Source: an uncultured Bacilli bacterium (GTDB taxonomy: Bacteria; Bacillota_I; Bacilli_A; RF39; UBA660). From it: a DNA stretch of 64,000 nucleotides. The stretch lies in assembly GCA_963931185.1 (NCBI GenBank), contig OZ006981.1:79311-143310 (forward strand), given 5' to 3'. This document shows positions 63,864 through 64,000 of the stretch, piece after piece. The notes under the pieces were generated by a model. That model worked only from the letters and a program-made list of their open reading frames with translations, ran no database searches and was not told where the DNA came from. Positions within the stretch are counted from its first letter, which is position 1; the number at the start of each line of letters is the position of its first letter. A program made the position numbers and the translations under genes.

Positions 63864-64000
63864 TTATTTTCTCCTTTAATTCAAATAAAAAATTCATAGC
63901 TTGGATTGGGGTTAAATCGTTTAAATTAATATTTTTAATCATAGTAATAATATCATAATCTTTATAATTACAATTAATATCTTCATAATTTTCAATAATT
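63850..64000 (-). CDS. 3' end of a gene truncated by the window edge; C-terminus resembles MutS (…DLTPIQAMNFLFELKEKI)
   Basis: Open frame of 50 codons to the window end. It ends overlapping the avd start. The LTP.QA.n.l.eLK pattern is typical of the MutS1 C-terminal end. Confidence 0.3.
   Translation of the reverse strand, partial: IIENYEDINCNYKDYDIITMIKNINLNDLTPIQAMNFLFELKEKINERS

Overview
This is a very AT-rich (about 22-25% GC) chromosomal window from an endospore-forming Bacillota genome. The first ~39 kb is conserved core with Bacillus subtilis-like synteny, almost all on the minus strand: SpoVB-like flippase, mnmA, deoB-xerD, rarA, a hybrid sensor kinase, PlsC-like acyltransferase, L,D-transpeptidase, the hrcA-grpE-dnaK-(pepF)-dnaJ heat-shock operon with two CIRCE operators, a BI-1 family protein, spoIVB, xseA-xseB-nusB, a sigma factor, obg, rplU-prp-rpmA behind an L21-type leader, yneF-sirA-tkt, tRNA-Leu(UAG) and tRNA-Met(CAU), rnhC, rsmD and a U32 peptidase. 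From ~40 kb to the end the window is an accessory mosaic. It holds an IS91-family (HUH-Y2) transposase, a GGDEF cyclase with a ~380-nt leader, a tRNA(CAU) followed by an IS30-family element bracketed by perfect 56-bp direct repeats, an orphan adenylate-forming enzyme plus a second paralogous hybrid kinase, a two-gene Upf1-like SF1 helicase + DUF559 (Vsr-like) nuclease module that looks like an uncharacterised defence system, a lactococcin-972-like bacteriocin/ABC-immunity cluster with its own HTH regulator and two-component system, and a diversity-generating retroelement core (Avd + DGR-type RT with the IGxxxSQ motif) abutting a MutS-like C-terminus at the window edge. No rRNA or CRISPR array was seen. 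The helicase/DUF559 pair and the DGR core, whose TR/VR and target could not be located in the window, are the most interesting candidates for undescribed biology.
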